This document shows, piece after piece, positions 37,790 to 47,864 of a DNA stretch of 64,000 bases. The stretch covers positions 58 through 64,057 of the forward strand of contig CAVZON010000002.1 in assembly GCA_963776925.1 (NCBI GenBank), given 5' to 3'. Every line of letters begins with the position of its first letter. Position 1 is the first letter of the stretch. This stretch comes from an uncultured Chloroflexia bacterium (lineage in GTDB: Bacteria > Chloroflexota > Limnocylindria > Limnocylindrales > CSP1-4). Below the pieces are notes generated by a model. It ran no database searches. It was not told where the DNA came from and was given only the letters and a program-made list of their open reading frames with translations. The translations under genes and the position numbers were made by a program.

Positions 37790-38601
37790 ACGATCGGCGC
37801 CCGGAAGGTCAGCTCCTCCTCGGACAGCCGCATCAATCGCTCCCGCAGCGTGGCGAGGAATCGCTGCCGTTCTCGGCGGGGCATCTCATCGAACAGCGTC
37901 TCCTCGTCGAACTCGGTCAGGAAGCCGAGGTACGACTCGACGCTGAAGGCGAACGCCAGCTCCGAGGGCTCGGCCGTGACGGCCCGGAACCCGGCGTGCC
38001 GCAGCTCGCCGGCAGCGATCGGCGCCGACGGGATGTCGCCGTGGCGCGCCTCGGCCGGCTCCTCGTCGTAGCCGGCCTCGCCGAGCAGCGCATCGAAGAT
38101 CCGGTCGGGGGCGAACGGACGACGATCCTCCAGCCAGGTCACGTGGCCGATCCGGCCGCCCGGACGAAGGACCCGCCGCAATTCGCGCAGGGCCTTGGCC
38201 CGGTTCGGGACCAGCTGCAGGACGAACGAGGCCATCGCCACGTCGTACGTCGCGTCGGGGTCGGGCAGCTCGGCGGCTGGCGCGGCCCGGGTCGTCAGCC
38301 GCGCCCGCCCATCGACCAGCCGCTCGTCGGCGGCGCCGGCCAGCACCGCCAGCATCTCGGATGAGACATCGGCCGCCGTCACGCGCAGGTCGGGCCAGCG
38401 CGCCAGGGCGGCGAGGGTCAGGTTGCCGGTCCCGGCCCCCACGTCGAGGGCGACCGTGCCCGGCGCCGCCAGTGCCGGCGCCAGCAGGTCGAGCAAGGCG
38501 GCCGTGCTCGGTCGGAGGACCGGCGCCCACCAGCGCTCGTAGCCCGCCGAGATCCGGTCGTAGCGTTCGGTCTGGTCGGTCATCGCCTCCGATGGTGCCA
38601 C
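37759..38601 (-). CDS. class I SAM-dependent methyltransferase
   Basis: Intact 280 aa. Motif [13 protein letters not shown], post-I …TAADVS…, motif II/III …[13 protein letters not shown]…LRPGGRI…. The 3' end overlaps the aceA 3' end by 31 nt (convergent). Confidence 0.8.
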   Translation of the reverse strand: MAPSEAMTDQTERYDRISAGYERWWAPVLRPSTAALLDLLAPALAAPGTVALDVGAGTGNLTLAALARWPDLRVTAADVSSEMLAVLAGAADERLVDGRARLTTRAAPAAELPDPDATYDVAMASFVLQLVPNRAKALRELRRVLRPGGRIGHVTWLEDRRPFAPDRIFDALLGEAGYDEEPAEARHGDIPSAPIAAGELRHAGFRAVTAEPSELAFAFSVESYLGFLTEFDEETLFDEMPRRERQRFLATLRERLMRLSEEELTFRAPIVYATGIRSDG

Positions 38602-38623
38602 GCCGGCGCGCAGCGACGGCAGG

Positions 38624-39586
38624 TCATCCGGCGACGGCGCCCTCGGTCGGGCCGGGCGAGGCCGGCGGTGTCCCGCGTCGCACGCGTCGGACGATCCATG
38701 CCGCGACCAGCGCGACGGCCCCCACGACGAGCAGGATCGGCAGCCACACGATCGCGAACCAGATGCCGGCCGTGGTCAGGCCCTGGAGCACGTCGATGAG
38801 GCTGGCCGACGCCTCGTCGACGACGAGCGCCGGGTCCCAGTCCTGCTGCGCGACCTCGACCGCGACGACCGGCATGCGGAACGTGGCCGTCAGCGTGGCG
38901 TAGGCCGCTCGGTCCTCCAGGTCGGCCAGCTGTGCCGTGAGCTGCTCGATCTCGCCGCGAACCTGGGTCAGCTGTGCCTGGACCTCGAGGACGTCGGCGA
39001 TCCGCACGGCATCGGCCGCGATGGCCTGCAGGGCCGACTCGCTCGCCTGCAGGTTGCGGATGCGTGCCTCGAGGTCGATGACCTGGCCCGTGACCTCGAC
39101 GGCGTCGGTCCGCTCGGTGACGACCTTGGTGCCCGGGCCGCTGATGCCGCGGAGGAGGTCGAGCGCCTCCTCCCAGCGGTCGGACGGGACGCGGTAGCTG
39201 ACGCTGGCGACCGGCGTATCGCCGTCGTTCTCGGTCGTCGAGGCGCCGATGTAGCCACCCATCGCGCGGATGCCGTCGCGGGCGGCACGCAGGGACGCGC
39301 CGACGTCGGCGACCTCGAGGTCGATCGATCCGGTGCGGATGATGCTGGCGTCGTCGATCGGGGCTCCGACCCCGTCGCCATCCTCGCCCGAGCCCTCGCC
39401 CTGGCCCTCGTCGGGCGCGGCCGGCGCGAAGCTCGCAGCCGCGCTCGCAGCCGCGAAGTCGCCGGAACCGACGTCGTCGCCGACCGGCGCGAGCTCCGGT
39501 GCCGACGCGCTCCCCGCACAGGCCAGGAGGCTCGTGGCGAGGAGGATGAGCGCGATCGCCGCGATCGCGGGACGGATGGTGCGCAT
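38624..39586 (-). CDS. DUF4349 domain-containing lipoprotein
   Basis: MRTIRPAIAAIALILLATSLLAC (lipobox LLAC), a coiled-coil-like core …VIDLEARIRNLQASESALQ…QLTQVRGEIEQLTAQLADLEDR…, and C-terminal TM helices GIWFAIVWLPILLVVGAVALVAAWIV. Confidence 0.75.
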   Translation of the reverse strand: MRTIRPAIAAIALILLATSLLACAGSASAPELAPVGDDVGSGDFAAASAAASFAPAAPDEGQGEGSGEDGDGVGAPIDDASIIRTGSIDLEVADVGASLRAARDGIRAMGGYIGASTTENDGDTPVASVSYRVPSDRWEEALDLLRGISGPGTKVVTERTDAVEVTGQVIDLEARIRNLQASESALQAIAADAVRIADVLEVQAQLTQVRGEIEQLTAQLADLEDRAAYATLTATFRMPVVAVEVAQQDWDPALVVDEASASLIDVLQGLTTAGIWFAIVWLPILLVVGAVALVAAWIVRRVRRGTPPASPGPTEGAVAG

Positions 39587-39682
39587 CGCAGTGGCCCTCC
39601 GTGGCTCGTCAGCACCCACTCCGGAGTGCGACGGCATCGTCCGGACGCCGGTCCGTGCCGGCCGGTTCCGCCCGTCACGCCG

Positions 39683-39891
39683 ATGTGCGAGTACCTGCGG
39701 GTGCTGCCCGACGACGCGGTCCCGGCGCTCGTCGCCGCCTGCCGGTGCTGCCCGAGCCGGAGGCCGGGCTCGTCCATTCGATGCTGCTCGCTCGCCGCCA
39801 GGCGCTGGCCGCCGATCCTGCGCTCACCGCGCCGGCAGCCTGGGATCTCGGGCGGGAGCGAGCCCGGGAGGCGCTGGCGACCCTGCCCTGA
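39683..39891 (+). CDS. possible small ORF upstream of ligC (needs one frame bridge)
   Basis: MCEYLRVLPDDAVPALVAACR… joins …VLPEPEAGLVHSMLLARRQALAADPALTAPAAWDLGRERAREALATLP*. Protein-like composition only, with no homology recognised. Confidence 0.25.
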
Positions 39892-39910
39892 CGGCTACAC
39901 TCGAGGGGTC

Positions 39911-41006
39911 ATGGCCCTCGACCTGCCGTTCCCGCCGCCCCTCGAGCCGATGCTGGCCAAGGCGGCCGATTCCCTGCCGGATGGCGAGGGCTGGCTGTAC
40001 GAGCCGAAGTGGGACGGCTTCCGCGCGCTCGTGTTCCGCGACGGCGACGAGGTCTTCACCCAGTCGCGGGACCTGAAGCCGCTCGACCGCTACTTCCCGG
40101 AGCTGGCCGAACCGCTCAAGGCCGCGCTGCCCGAGCGCTGCGTCCTCGATGGCGAGGTCGTCATCGCCGCCGACGGGGGCCTCCAGTTCGAGTCGCTCCT
40201 GCTGCGCATCCACCCGGCGGCGTCGCGGGTGAAGATGCTGGCCGAGCAGTCACCGGCCTCGTTCGTCGCCTGGGACCTGCTCGCCCTCGGTGACGAGGAC
40301 CTGCGGGACGTGCCGCAGGGCGAGCGGCGTGCCCGGCTCGAGTCCGTGCTCGGTGCGGCGGAGCCGCCGGTCCACCTGACGCCCGCCACTCGCGACCGGG
40401 CCCTCGCCGCCGATTGGTTCGACCGGTTCGAGGGTGCCGGCCTCGACGGCGTCGTGGCCAAGCGCCTCGACGCGCCGTACCAACCGGGCAAGCGGGCGAT
40501 GCTGAAGATCAAGCACCAGCGCACGGCGGACTGCGTGGTCGCCGGGTTCCGCTGGCACAAGAACGGCCCGGGGACCCATGTCGGCTCGCTGCTCCTGGGG
40601 CTGTTCGACGACGAAGGCACGCTCCATCACGTCGGCGTCACGTCGTCGTTCACCTGGGACAAACGCGCCGCCCTGACCGAGGAGCTCGCGCCGCTGCGCG
40701 AGCACGCGCTCGACGACGCATCCATGGAAGGAGTGGGCCGAGTGGGCCGTCGCCGGCGAGGCGGACGCCTCGGGCCAGCGGCTGCCCGGCGCGACCTCGC
40801 GCTGGAACCGCGGCAAGGACCTGTCGTGGGAGCCGCTGCGCGCGGAACGGGTCGCCGAGGTCGCCTACGACCACCTCCAGGGCGATCGCTTCCGCCACGG
40901 CACGACGTTCAAGCGCTGGCGTCCGGACAAGCCGCCGGCCGACTGCCGCTACGACCAGCTCGAGACGTCCACGCCCTACGAGCTGGCCCAGATCTTCGGG
41001 GCCTGA
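39911..41006 (+). CDS. ligC: ATP-dependent DNA ligase (LigC-type, stand-alone ligase domain; frame break ~40725)
   Basis: Adenylation motif I YEPKWDGFRAL, LDGEVV, GLDGVVAKR, MLKIKH. OB-fold part …VGSLLLGLFDDEGTLHHVG… and, in another frame, …RWNRGKDLSWEPLRAERVAEVAYDHLQGDRFRHGTTFKRWRPDK…. Confidence 0.85.
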
Positions 41007-41013
41007 CGCGGCG

Positions 41014-41661
41014 ATGGATGCCTGCGGGTGCGACGGCTTCACCGAGATCTTCGATGCCCGCACCGCGCGGCATGACCTTGCGCGCTACCGACGCCGCGGG
41101 CCGGATGACACGACGCGACTGCTGCTCGACATGGTCCGGGCGCACGGCGTGATCGGCCGGACCCTCCTGGATATCGGCGCCGGGATCGGCGTCATCGACC
41201 ACGAGCTGTTGGGCCAGGGGTTGCAGCACGCCGTCCTCGTGGACGGCTCGTCGGCGTACCTGGCGGCCGCGCGGGACGAGTCGACGGCGCGTGGGACCCT
41301 CGACCGCGTGTCGTTCATCGAGGGTGACTTCGTGCGGGTCGCGGACCGGGTCGGACCGGCGGACGTCGTGACCCTGGTTCGCGTCGTGTGCTGCTATCCC
41401 GACGTCGACGCGCTGGTCCGGACATCGAGTCGGAAGGCCACCCAGCTGTACGGTCTCGTCCTGCCGCGCGACCGCCTGCTGATCCGCGTGGGTCTCGCCA
41501 TGGTCAACGGCTGGTATCGCCTGCGTGGGCGCGCCTACCGGGCGTTCGTGCATCCCAACGCACGCGTCGATGCGCTGGCCGCCGAGGCGGGGTTCCACCC
41601 CACGTCCGAGGCGACGACGACCTTCTGGCGAGTGGTCCTGTACGCCCGAGCCGCGACCTAG
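41014..41661 (+). CDS. class I SAM-dependent methyltransferase
   Basis: Intact 215 aa. N-terminal MDACGCDGFTEIFDARTARHDLARYRRRGP, motif I LLDIGAGIGVI. Lies 7 nt after the ligC stop. Confidence 0.7.
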   Translation: MDACGCDGFTEIFDARTARHDLARYRRRGPDDTTRLLLDMVRAHGVIGRTLLDIGAGIGVIDHELLGQGLQHAVLVDGSSAYLAAARDESTARGTLDRVSFIEGDFVRVADRVGPADVVTLVRVVCCYPDVDALVRTSSRKATQLYGLVLPRDRLLIRVGLAMVNGWYRLRGRAYRAFVHPNARVDALAAEAGFHPTSEATTTFWRVVLYARAAT

Positions 41662-41706
41662 CGACGCGCGTCGCCGGCCGAGCCGTCGCCGACGAGGCCG
41701 CCGCGG

Positions 41707-43186
41707 TCACGCGTCGTCGGTCGTGGTCGCCTTGCGCTTGCGCGGCGCGCGTTCCAGCTGCCCGGCGCGATCGGGCCACTCGAAGCCGGCCCACGGGTCG
41801 TAGTCCGGATCGAGCGGTTCCTGCGCCGGTCGCTCCGCCTCGGGGACGTGGGTGAGGTTGACCCGGACGCGGTACCACAGCGAGGAGCGGCCACGCATCC
41901 CGTCGACCAGCACGTCCGCCGGCTCGAGATGATCGCCGACGCCCGGGTGCCGTCGCCTTCCAGCGCTCCAGGCCCTCCAGCGCCTCGGCCTTGGACGCGG
42001 CCCGCGAGATCTCGATGACCGGCACGCTCGTCTTGCGCCGCCCGGTCGGGGTCGGGCGGCTGCCCTCCCACTCCGTGGGCAGCCCGGCGTTGGGGTCGCC
42101 GGCCGCGACCGCCGCCGCGCGCTCGGCCTGGACCTCCGGCGGCGGTCCACCGGCCTCGCCACGGCCGGGCTCGTACTCGGTGTCGGGTCGGCGCTTGCGT
42201 GAGGGCTGGACGCGTGGCGGCTCGCCTGCCTGCTTGGCGTAGTTGGGCGGCCACGGGGCATCGCCCTCGCCCTCGCGCTCGTGCTCGGCCGACAGCTCCA
42301 GCAGGGCCTCGAGCGAGCCGACCGCCCCGTCGATCCCCGCCCCCGGGTCGCCGATCTCCGCGTAGCGCGCCGGGACGGTCTGGATGGTGAAGGCCTCGGC
42401 CTCGACGGTCGGGACCTCGTCCCAGGTCAGCGGGGTCGAGACGCGCGCATCGGGCAGCGGGCGGATGGAGTAGGCCGACGCCACGGTCCGGTCCTTGGCG
42501 TTCTGGTTGTAGTCGAGGAAGACGCCGTGGCGCTCCTCCTTCCACCACTTCGAGGTCGCCGCGTCGGGCGCGCGTCGCTCCACGTCCCGGGCCAGGGCCA
42601 GCGCGGCCCGCCGGACCTCGGGGTACGTCCAGCGTCGCTCGATGCGCACGTTGATGTGGATGCCCCGCGAGCCGGACGTCTTGGGCCAGCCGACCAGCCC
42701 GACGGCCTCGAGCGCGTCCTTGCAGACCATCGCGACGTCACGGATCTGCGACCAGGGCACGCCCGGGACCGGGTCCAGGTCGATGCGCAGCTCGTCGGGG
42801 TGGTCCAGGTCGTCCGCCCGGACCGGGTGCGGGTTCAGGTCGATGCAGCCGAGGTTGACGATCCAGGCCAGCCCGGCCGCGTCGTCGACGACGATCTCGT
42901 CGGCCGTCCGGCCGGACGGGAACGTCAGCTCGGCGGTGCGGATCCAGTCGGGCGTGTTGTCGGGTGCCCGCTTCTGGAAGAACGGCTCCTTGGTGATGCC
43001 GTCGACGAAGCGCTTGAGCGCCATCGGGCGGCCGCGCACCCCGGCCAGCGCCCCATCGGCGATGGCCAGGTAGTAGTGGACGACGTCGAGCTTGGTGTAG
43101 CCCGCATCGGGGAAGTACACCTTCTGGGGGTTGGAGACGGCGACCTCACGGCCGGCGATCTCCAGGATCTCCTTGGGCGACGGCAT
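41707..43186 (-). CDS. AEP-family DNA primase-polymerase (LigD polymerase-domain homologue, stand-alone; frame break ~41960)
   Basis: …VSNPQKVYFPDAGYTKLDVVHYY…, AEP motifs RIDLDP, KTSGSRGIHINV, VFLDYNQN. The C-terminal domain in a second frame reads …HLEPADVLVDGMRGRSSLWYRVRVNLTHVPE…. Confidence 0.85.
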
Positions 43187-43225
43187 CCCCGAACGATACG
43201 CGGATGGCCGGGCTGCGTCGCCGGA

Positions 43226-43747
43226 TCAGGTGCCCGGCGGCCGCTCCGGCTCGTCGTCCGAATGCGTGCGCCGCGGTCGTCGACGCGCCAGGTCGCGTCC
43301 AGCCCGGGCCGCCGACCGCCCGGCCCAGCGGGCACTCCGTGCTGCCCCACGCGCACCGGTCGTCACCACGCGTCGGCCGACCCGGGCGCCGCGCCGCGCG
43401 ACCCAGGCCGTGGAGACGCCGACCGTGCGCACGTCGCTCGCGAGGTCGTCCTCGAGGAGGCCGACCGCGGCCAGATGGGCGCGACGCCGTTCGGGGGACA
43501 GCCCGTCGAGGGCGACCTTGAGCGCGACGAGCACGACCAGCAGGTCGTCGAGCTGGCCGAGGATGGGGACGATGCCCGGGACGAGATCGATCGGCGAGAC
43601 GAGGTAGATGGCGCCGGCCAGGACCGCCGCCCGTCGGGCCTTGGCGATGCGCGGATCGCGGCCGAGGGCGAACGACAGCTTCGCGTAGCGCGGCACGCGG
43701 CGCACGAGGGCGCCGAAGGCATCGGACGGGAACGGATCGTCGGCCAC
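43226..43747 (-). CDS. DUF1232 (YkvA-like) domain membrane protein
   Basis: Intact 173 aa with the characteristic …YLVSPIDLVPGIVPILGQLDDLLVV…. Confidence 0.7.
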   Translation of the reverse strand: MADDPFPSDAFGALVRRVPRYAKLSFALGRDPRIAKARRAAVLAGAIYLVSPIDLVPGIVPILGQLDDLLVVLVALKVALDGLSPERRRAHLAAVGLLEDDLASDVRTVGVSTAWVARRGARVGRRVVTTGARGAARSARWAGRSAARAGRDLARRRPRRTHSDDEPERPPGT

Positions 43748-43751
43748 CGGC

Positions 43752-43789
43752 CGATGCTACGCCCGGGTCGCGAAGAGCGCGTAGCATCG
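43752..43789. promoter_or_regulatory. 11-bp perfect inverted repeat in the divergent DUF1232 / YciI-sigma promoter region
   Basis: CGATGCTACGC (43752-43762), 16 nt spacer, GCGTAGCATCG (43779-43789). It begins 5 nt upstream of the DUF1232 start codon and sits 85 nt upstream of the YciI ATG. Confidence 0.3.
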
Positions 43790-43873
43790 ACGTGTCAATT
43801 CCCATCGGACCCGTTCGTCGTGCTCATGACGGCAGCGAGACCAGCGCTGCGACCAGCGACAGGAGGCCGAGCC

Positions 43874-44266
43874 ATGCAGTACGCCCTGCTGATCTACACC
43901 GAGGAACCGACCTCGGCGCCCACCCCGGAGCAGATCCAGGCGGAGATCGAGGCCTACGACGTCTTCACCAGGTCGGTCCGCGAGAGTGGCGCCTTCGTCG
44001 CCGGTGAGGCCCTCCACCCGTCGCCGACCGCCACGACGGTCCGCATCCGCGACGGCCAGACGCTGACGACCGATGGACCGTTCGCCGAGACCAAGGAGGT
44101 CCTCGGTGGCTTCTACCTCGTCAACGCCGCCGATCTCGACGAGGCCATCGCGATGGCCGTCCTGATCCCGAGCGCGAAGTCGGGATCGGTCGAGATCCGG
44201 CCCGTCATCGACTGGAACGACCCGGCGTTCGCGGGTGCCCCGACGTCCGAGGCGGTCGCCGGCTGA
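43874..44266 (+). CDS. YciI (YCII) family protein
   Basis: AGGAGG 8 nt upstream. MQYALLIYTEE…GEALHPS…TDGPFAETKEVLGGFYLV…DLDEAI…. Confidence 0.85.
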   Translation: MQYALLIYTEEPTSAPTPEQIQAEIEAYDVFTRSVRESGAFVAGEALHPSPTATTVRIRDGQTLTTDGPFAETKEVLGGFYLVNAADLDEAIAMAVLIPSAKSGSVEIRPVIDWNDPAFAGAPTSEAVAG

Positions 44267-45559
44267 GCCCCTCGATCGCCGCCGCCCACGAGGTCGTCGA
44301 CCGACTGTTCCGCGCCGAGCAGGGCCGCGCCGTCGCGACGCTCATCCGCGTCCTCGGCGACTTCGACCTCGCCGAGGAGGCCGTCCAGGACGCGTTCATC
44401 ATCGCCCTGGAGACCTGGCCGGACCGCGGCGTGCCCGACAACCCGGGCGCGTGGATCACGACGACCGCGCGCAACCGGGCCATCGACCGACTGCGACGTC
44501 GCGCGCGCCTGCGCGAGAAGACCGAGCAGCTCGGGCGCGAGTCGGTCGATCGAGGCGGAGCTGGCGGCCATCGAGCCTGGCGAGGCGGAGGACGGCATGG
44601 CCATCGCGGACGATCGGCTTCGGCTCATCTTCACCTGCTGTCATCCGGCCCTGCCGCTCGATGGCCGGGTGGCGCTGACGCTGCGCACGCTCGGCGGCCT
44701 GACGACGCCGGAGATCGCGCGCGCGTTCCTCGTCCCCGAGCCGACCCTGGCGCAGCGGCTGGTCCGCGCCAAGCGCAAGATCCGCGACGCCGGCATCCCG
44801 TACCGCGTCCCGCCGCGTGAGCTGCTCCCGGAGCGGCTCGATGGCGTGCTGCGCGTCCTCTACCTCGTCTACAACGAGGGCTACAGCGCATCGTCCGGCG
44901 ATGCCCTCGTCCGGCGCGAGCTGAGCGTCGAGGCGATCCGGCTGGCCCGGCTCGTGGCCGGCCTCATGCCCGATGAGCCCGAGACGCTGGGCCTGCTCGC
45001 CCTCATGCTCCTGCACGACGCCCGGCGCGACGCGCGGGTCGACGCCGACGGCGACCTCGTGCTGCTCGAGGACCAGGATCGGTCTCGCTGGGACGCGGCG
45101 CGGATCGCCGAGGGGACGGCCCTGGTCGAGGGGTCGCTGCGGATGGGTCGGCCCGGTCCGTACCAGATCCAGGCGGCGATCGCCGCGCTGCACGACGGCG
45201 CGCCGACCGCCGCCGAGACGGACTGGCGCCAGATCGCCCTGCTCTACGACGCGATGCGCCGGATGGATCCGTCACCGGTCGTGGCGCTCAACCAGGCCGT
45301 GGCGGTGGCGATGGCCGACTCGCCCGCGACCGGATTGGCGATGGTCGACGCGATCGGGGCCGACGGCGCGCTCGAGGACTACCCGTACTTCCATGCCGCC
45401 CGGGCCGACCTCCTTCGTCGGCTCGAGCGTCGGTCGGAGGCGGCCGACGCCTATCGCCGCGCGGTCGCGCTGACCGACAACGGCCCGGAGCGCGCCTTCC
45501 TGGAGCGACGCGTCGACGAGATGACGAGCCGTCCGGCCGGAGGCCCGAGGGTCAACTGA
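44263..45559 (+). CDS. ECF-type sigma factor with long C-terminal (DUF6596/TPR-like) domain, YciI-associated type (frame break ~44545; start uncertain)
   Basis: Region 2 …AEEAVQDAFIIALETWP…NPGAWITTTARNRAIDRLRR. Region 4 …RLRLIFTCCHPALPLDGRVALTLRTLGGLTTPEIARAFLVPEPTLAQRLVRAKRKI. C-terminal …VLYLVYNEGY…PYQIQAAIAALH…. No ATG/GTG in frame near 44263. Confidence 0.8.
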
Positions 45560-45873
45560 GGCCGGCGTCGTCCTCGGGGTGCGGACCGCCCCGAACGCGG
45601 ATGCGTTCGAGCCGGGCGGTCGCGACCGCCGCATCGATATCGCGCGGGGTCAGGTCTCGTCGGCGGATGGGCGGTCGGTCGTGTCGGGTCGTCGGTCCAC
45701 TGCCAGTGGACCTCGTCGTCCTCCTGGACGCCCTGTGGCCACGCGTCGCCCCGGTACGGCCGGAAGAGCGACAGGCGCAGGTCGGCGGTCAGCTCCATCC
45801 AGCGGTAGATCCGGATGGCGACCAGGACCACGATGACGGCCCCGGTCAGCGACAGCAGCGTCTCGTTCGACAT
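45552..45873 (-). CDS. small membrane-anchored hypothetical protein (one frame bridge ~45700)
   Basis: MSNETLLSLTGAVIVVLVAIRIYRWMELTADLRLSLFRPYRGDAWPQGVQEDDEVHWQW… and, after the bridge, …DLTPRDIDAAVATARLERIRVRGGPHPEDDAGLS*. The 3' end would overlap the sigma gene 3' end by 8 nt. Confidence 0.35.
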
Positions 45874-45937
45874 CGCATCACCGTTCCCGTGCGCCGGCCG
45901 GCGGCGCACCTCCATCGTACGCCCGGTGCGCCAGCGC

Positions 45938-47864
45938 TCAGGCCAGGACGGCGCCCGCGTAGCCAGGAAGGTCGAGCGCGGTCCCGTCATCGGAGACGCC
46001 CTCGTCGGTGGCCAGCTCCAGGCCGAGCCCGGCTCGGTCCGGGAGGACGACCCGGCGCGGCTCCGCCGACAGGTTGAGCACGACGATCGCGCGCTCGGCG
46101 TCATCGCCGATCCCCACGGCATACGTTCCAGCGTCGTCGTCGAGAAGGACCGTCCGGCGGGTGCCGGCCCAGCGTCCGGGCGTCGCGCGACGTAGCGCCA
46201 CGAGCCGGCGGTACCAGGCGAGAAGGGCCGCGTCCTGGTCGTCCCCCCAGGGCATCGGCAGGCGCGATTCCTCGGGATGGCCGCTGCCGTCGGCCGAGCG
46301 CACGTCGCGCTGCCTGGGATCGCCCGACCTCGGTGCCGTAGTAGATGATCGGCGGATCGGGCAGGGTGCACTGGAACAGGGCCGCCAGCCGAAGCCGCCG
46401 GGTGTCGCCGCCCACGACCCACAGGAACCGGTTCATGTCGTGGTTGTCGAGGAAGGTCGGCCGGACGAAGTCGGCCGGGCGCGTCGCCAGGTGGCGGCGC
46501 ACGACGTCGTCGAGCCCGCTCGGCGGCAGCGTCCCGAACGCGAACGCCCCGCGCAGGGCGCCGAGCAGGAAGAAGTCGAGGCAGCCATCCAGCCGGCCCT
46601 GGTAGGTCAGCTGCACGGCCGGCGTCTCGACGACCTCGCCGATCGTCGCGCTGTCCGGCGCGATGGCGCGGGTCGCCGCCCGGAATGCCGTCCAGAACGC
46701 GTGCGACGGGCCCTGCGCGTAGTCGAGCCGGAAGCCATCGACGCCGAGGTGGAGCCAATGCTCGGCTGCCTCGATCATCGCCGCGCGGGCGCCCGGGTCG
46801 TCGCTGTCGATCTGCGGGTGGTCGAGCACGCCGAAGAACGACAGGTACTCGTCCGGCCAGTCGGTGAAGGTGAACCAGCGGGCCTCGGGGCTGTCCCGGT
46901 CGCGACGAGCGGCAAGGAACGCCGGATGTGCCGATGACACGTGGTTGACGACGAAGTCGAGCAGGACGCGCAGGCCGCGGGCGTGGGCCGCCTCGACCAG
47001 CTCGACCAGGTCCGCCTCGGTCCCAAGCCGCGGCTCGACCGAGCGATAGTCGGTGGCGTCGTAGCCGTGGTGCGACGGGCTGGGGAAGATCGGCGACAGC
47101 CAGATGCAGGTCGCCCCGAGGTCGACGACGTGGTCGAGCCGCTCGGTCACGCCGCGCAGCGTGCCGCCGTAGAACCCGCCGGGCGTCGACGGCTCGTCGA
47201 ACGGGCGGCCACCCATCGTCGCGAACCGGTCGACGAAGACCTGGTAGATGACCGCCTCGCGCAGCCAGTCCGGGACGCGGTCGCGATCGACCCGATAGGC
47301 ATCCGCGGCCGAGCGGCGGATCGGCCACAGGCCGGGGTCGAAGGCGAACATGGCCGCGTCGTCGTCGCGCACGCCCGGGCGGGCGGGCGCCACGCACGAC
47401 CCCGGCGATGTCCGAGGCCCAGGCGCTCGTACCGGTGTCGCCGGCCCAGGCTTCGAGGCGGTAGCGGACGAGCGTCCCGTCGGGCTGCCCGGGCAGCGTC
47501 CCGGTCCACGTCTCGCGATAGCCCCAGGTCAGCGTGTCCCACGTCGACCGCGGTCCGGGTCAGCTCCACGGCCGTGCCGCTCGAGGCCACGCCGAGCGAC
47601 CCGGCCGGGTCGGCGCCGTCGGTCGTGACGTAGGCCGTGACGTGGTCGGCGCGGACGGTCGGACCGACCGTGACCCGGACCGTCACCGGTTCGCCCGGGT
47701 CGGGATCGAGCGGCGTCGAGGTCGTGGCCATGGTGGACGCCGGCCGCAGCCGCACGGAGCTGGGCGAGCCGCAGCGCATCCGTCGCCAGGGTCCCGAACA
47801 CGAAGTCCTGCGAGACCGCCGGCACGGCCGCACCGGCGCCGCCGCTCGTCGGCTCGTCGGTCAT
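45938..47864 (-). CDS. GH13 alpha-amylase-family glycosidase with N-terminal beta-domain (3-4 frame breaks)
   Basis: GH13 regions: I LLDFVVNHVS, II GFRLDYAQG, III TIGEVVE, IV FLDNHDMNR. N-terminus MTDEPTSGG… (ATG 47864 overlaps the upstream stop, ATGA). C-terminus in ORF 45938-46303. Confidence 0.8.

Noticed and set aside
41661-41674. 14-bp perfect palindrome GCGACGCGCGTCGC between convergent methyltransferase and PrimPol genes (possible terminator).
   Set aside because: There is no unpaired loop unless the stem is reduced to about 5 bp. It overlaps the methyltransferase stop codon. Such GC palindromes are expected by chance at this composition.
39911-43186. Possibility that ligase and polymerase are parts of one multidomain LigD split by frameshift.
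   Set aside because: They lie on opposite strands with an intact methyltransferase gene between them. They are separate genes (LigC-type and PrimPol-type).
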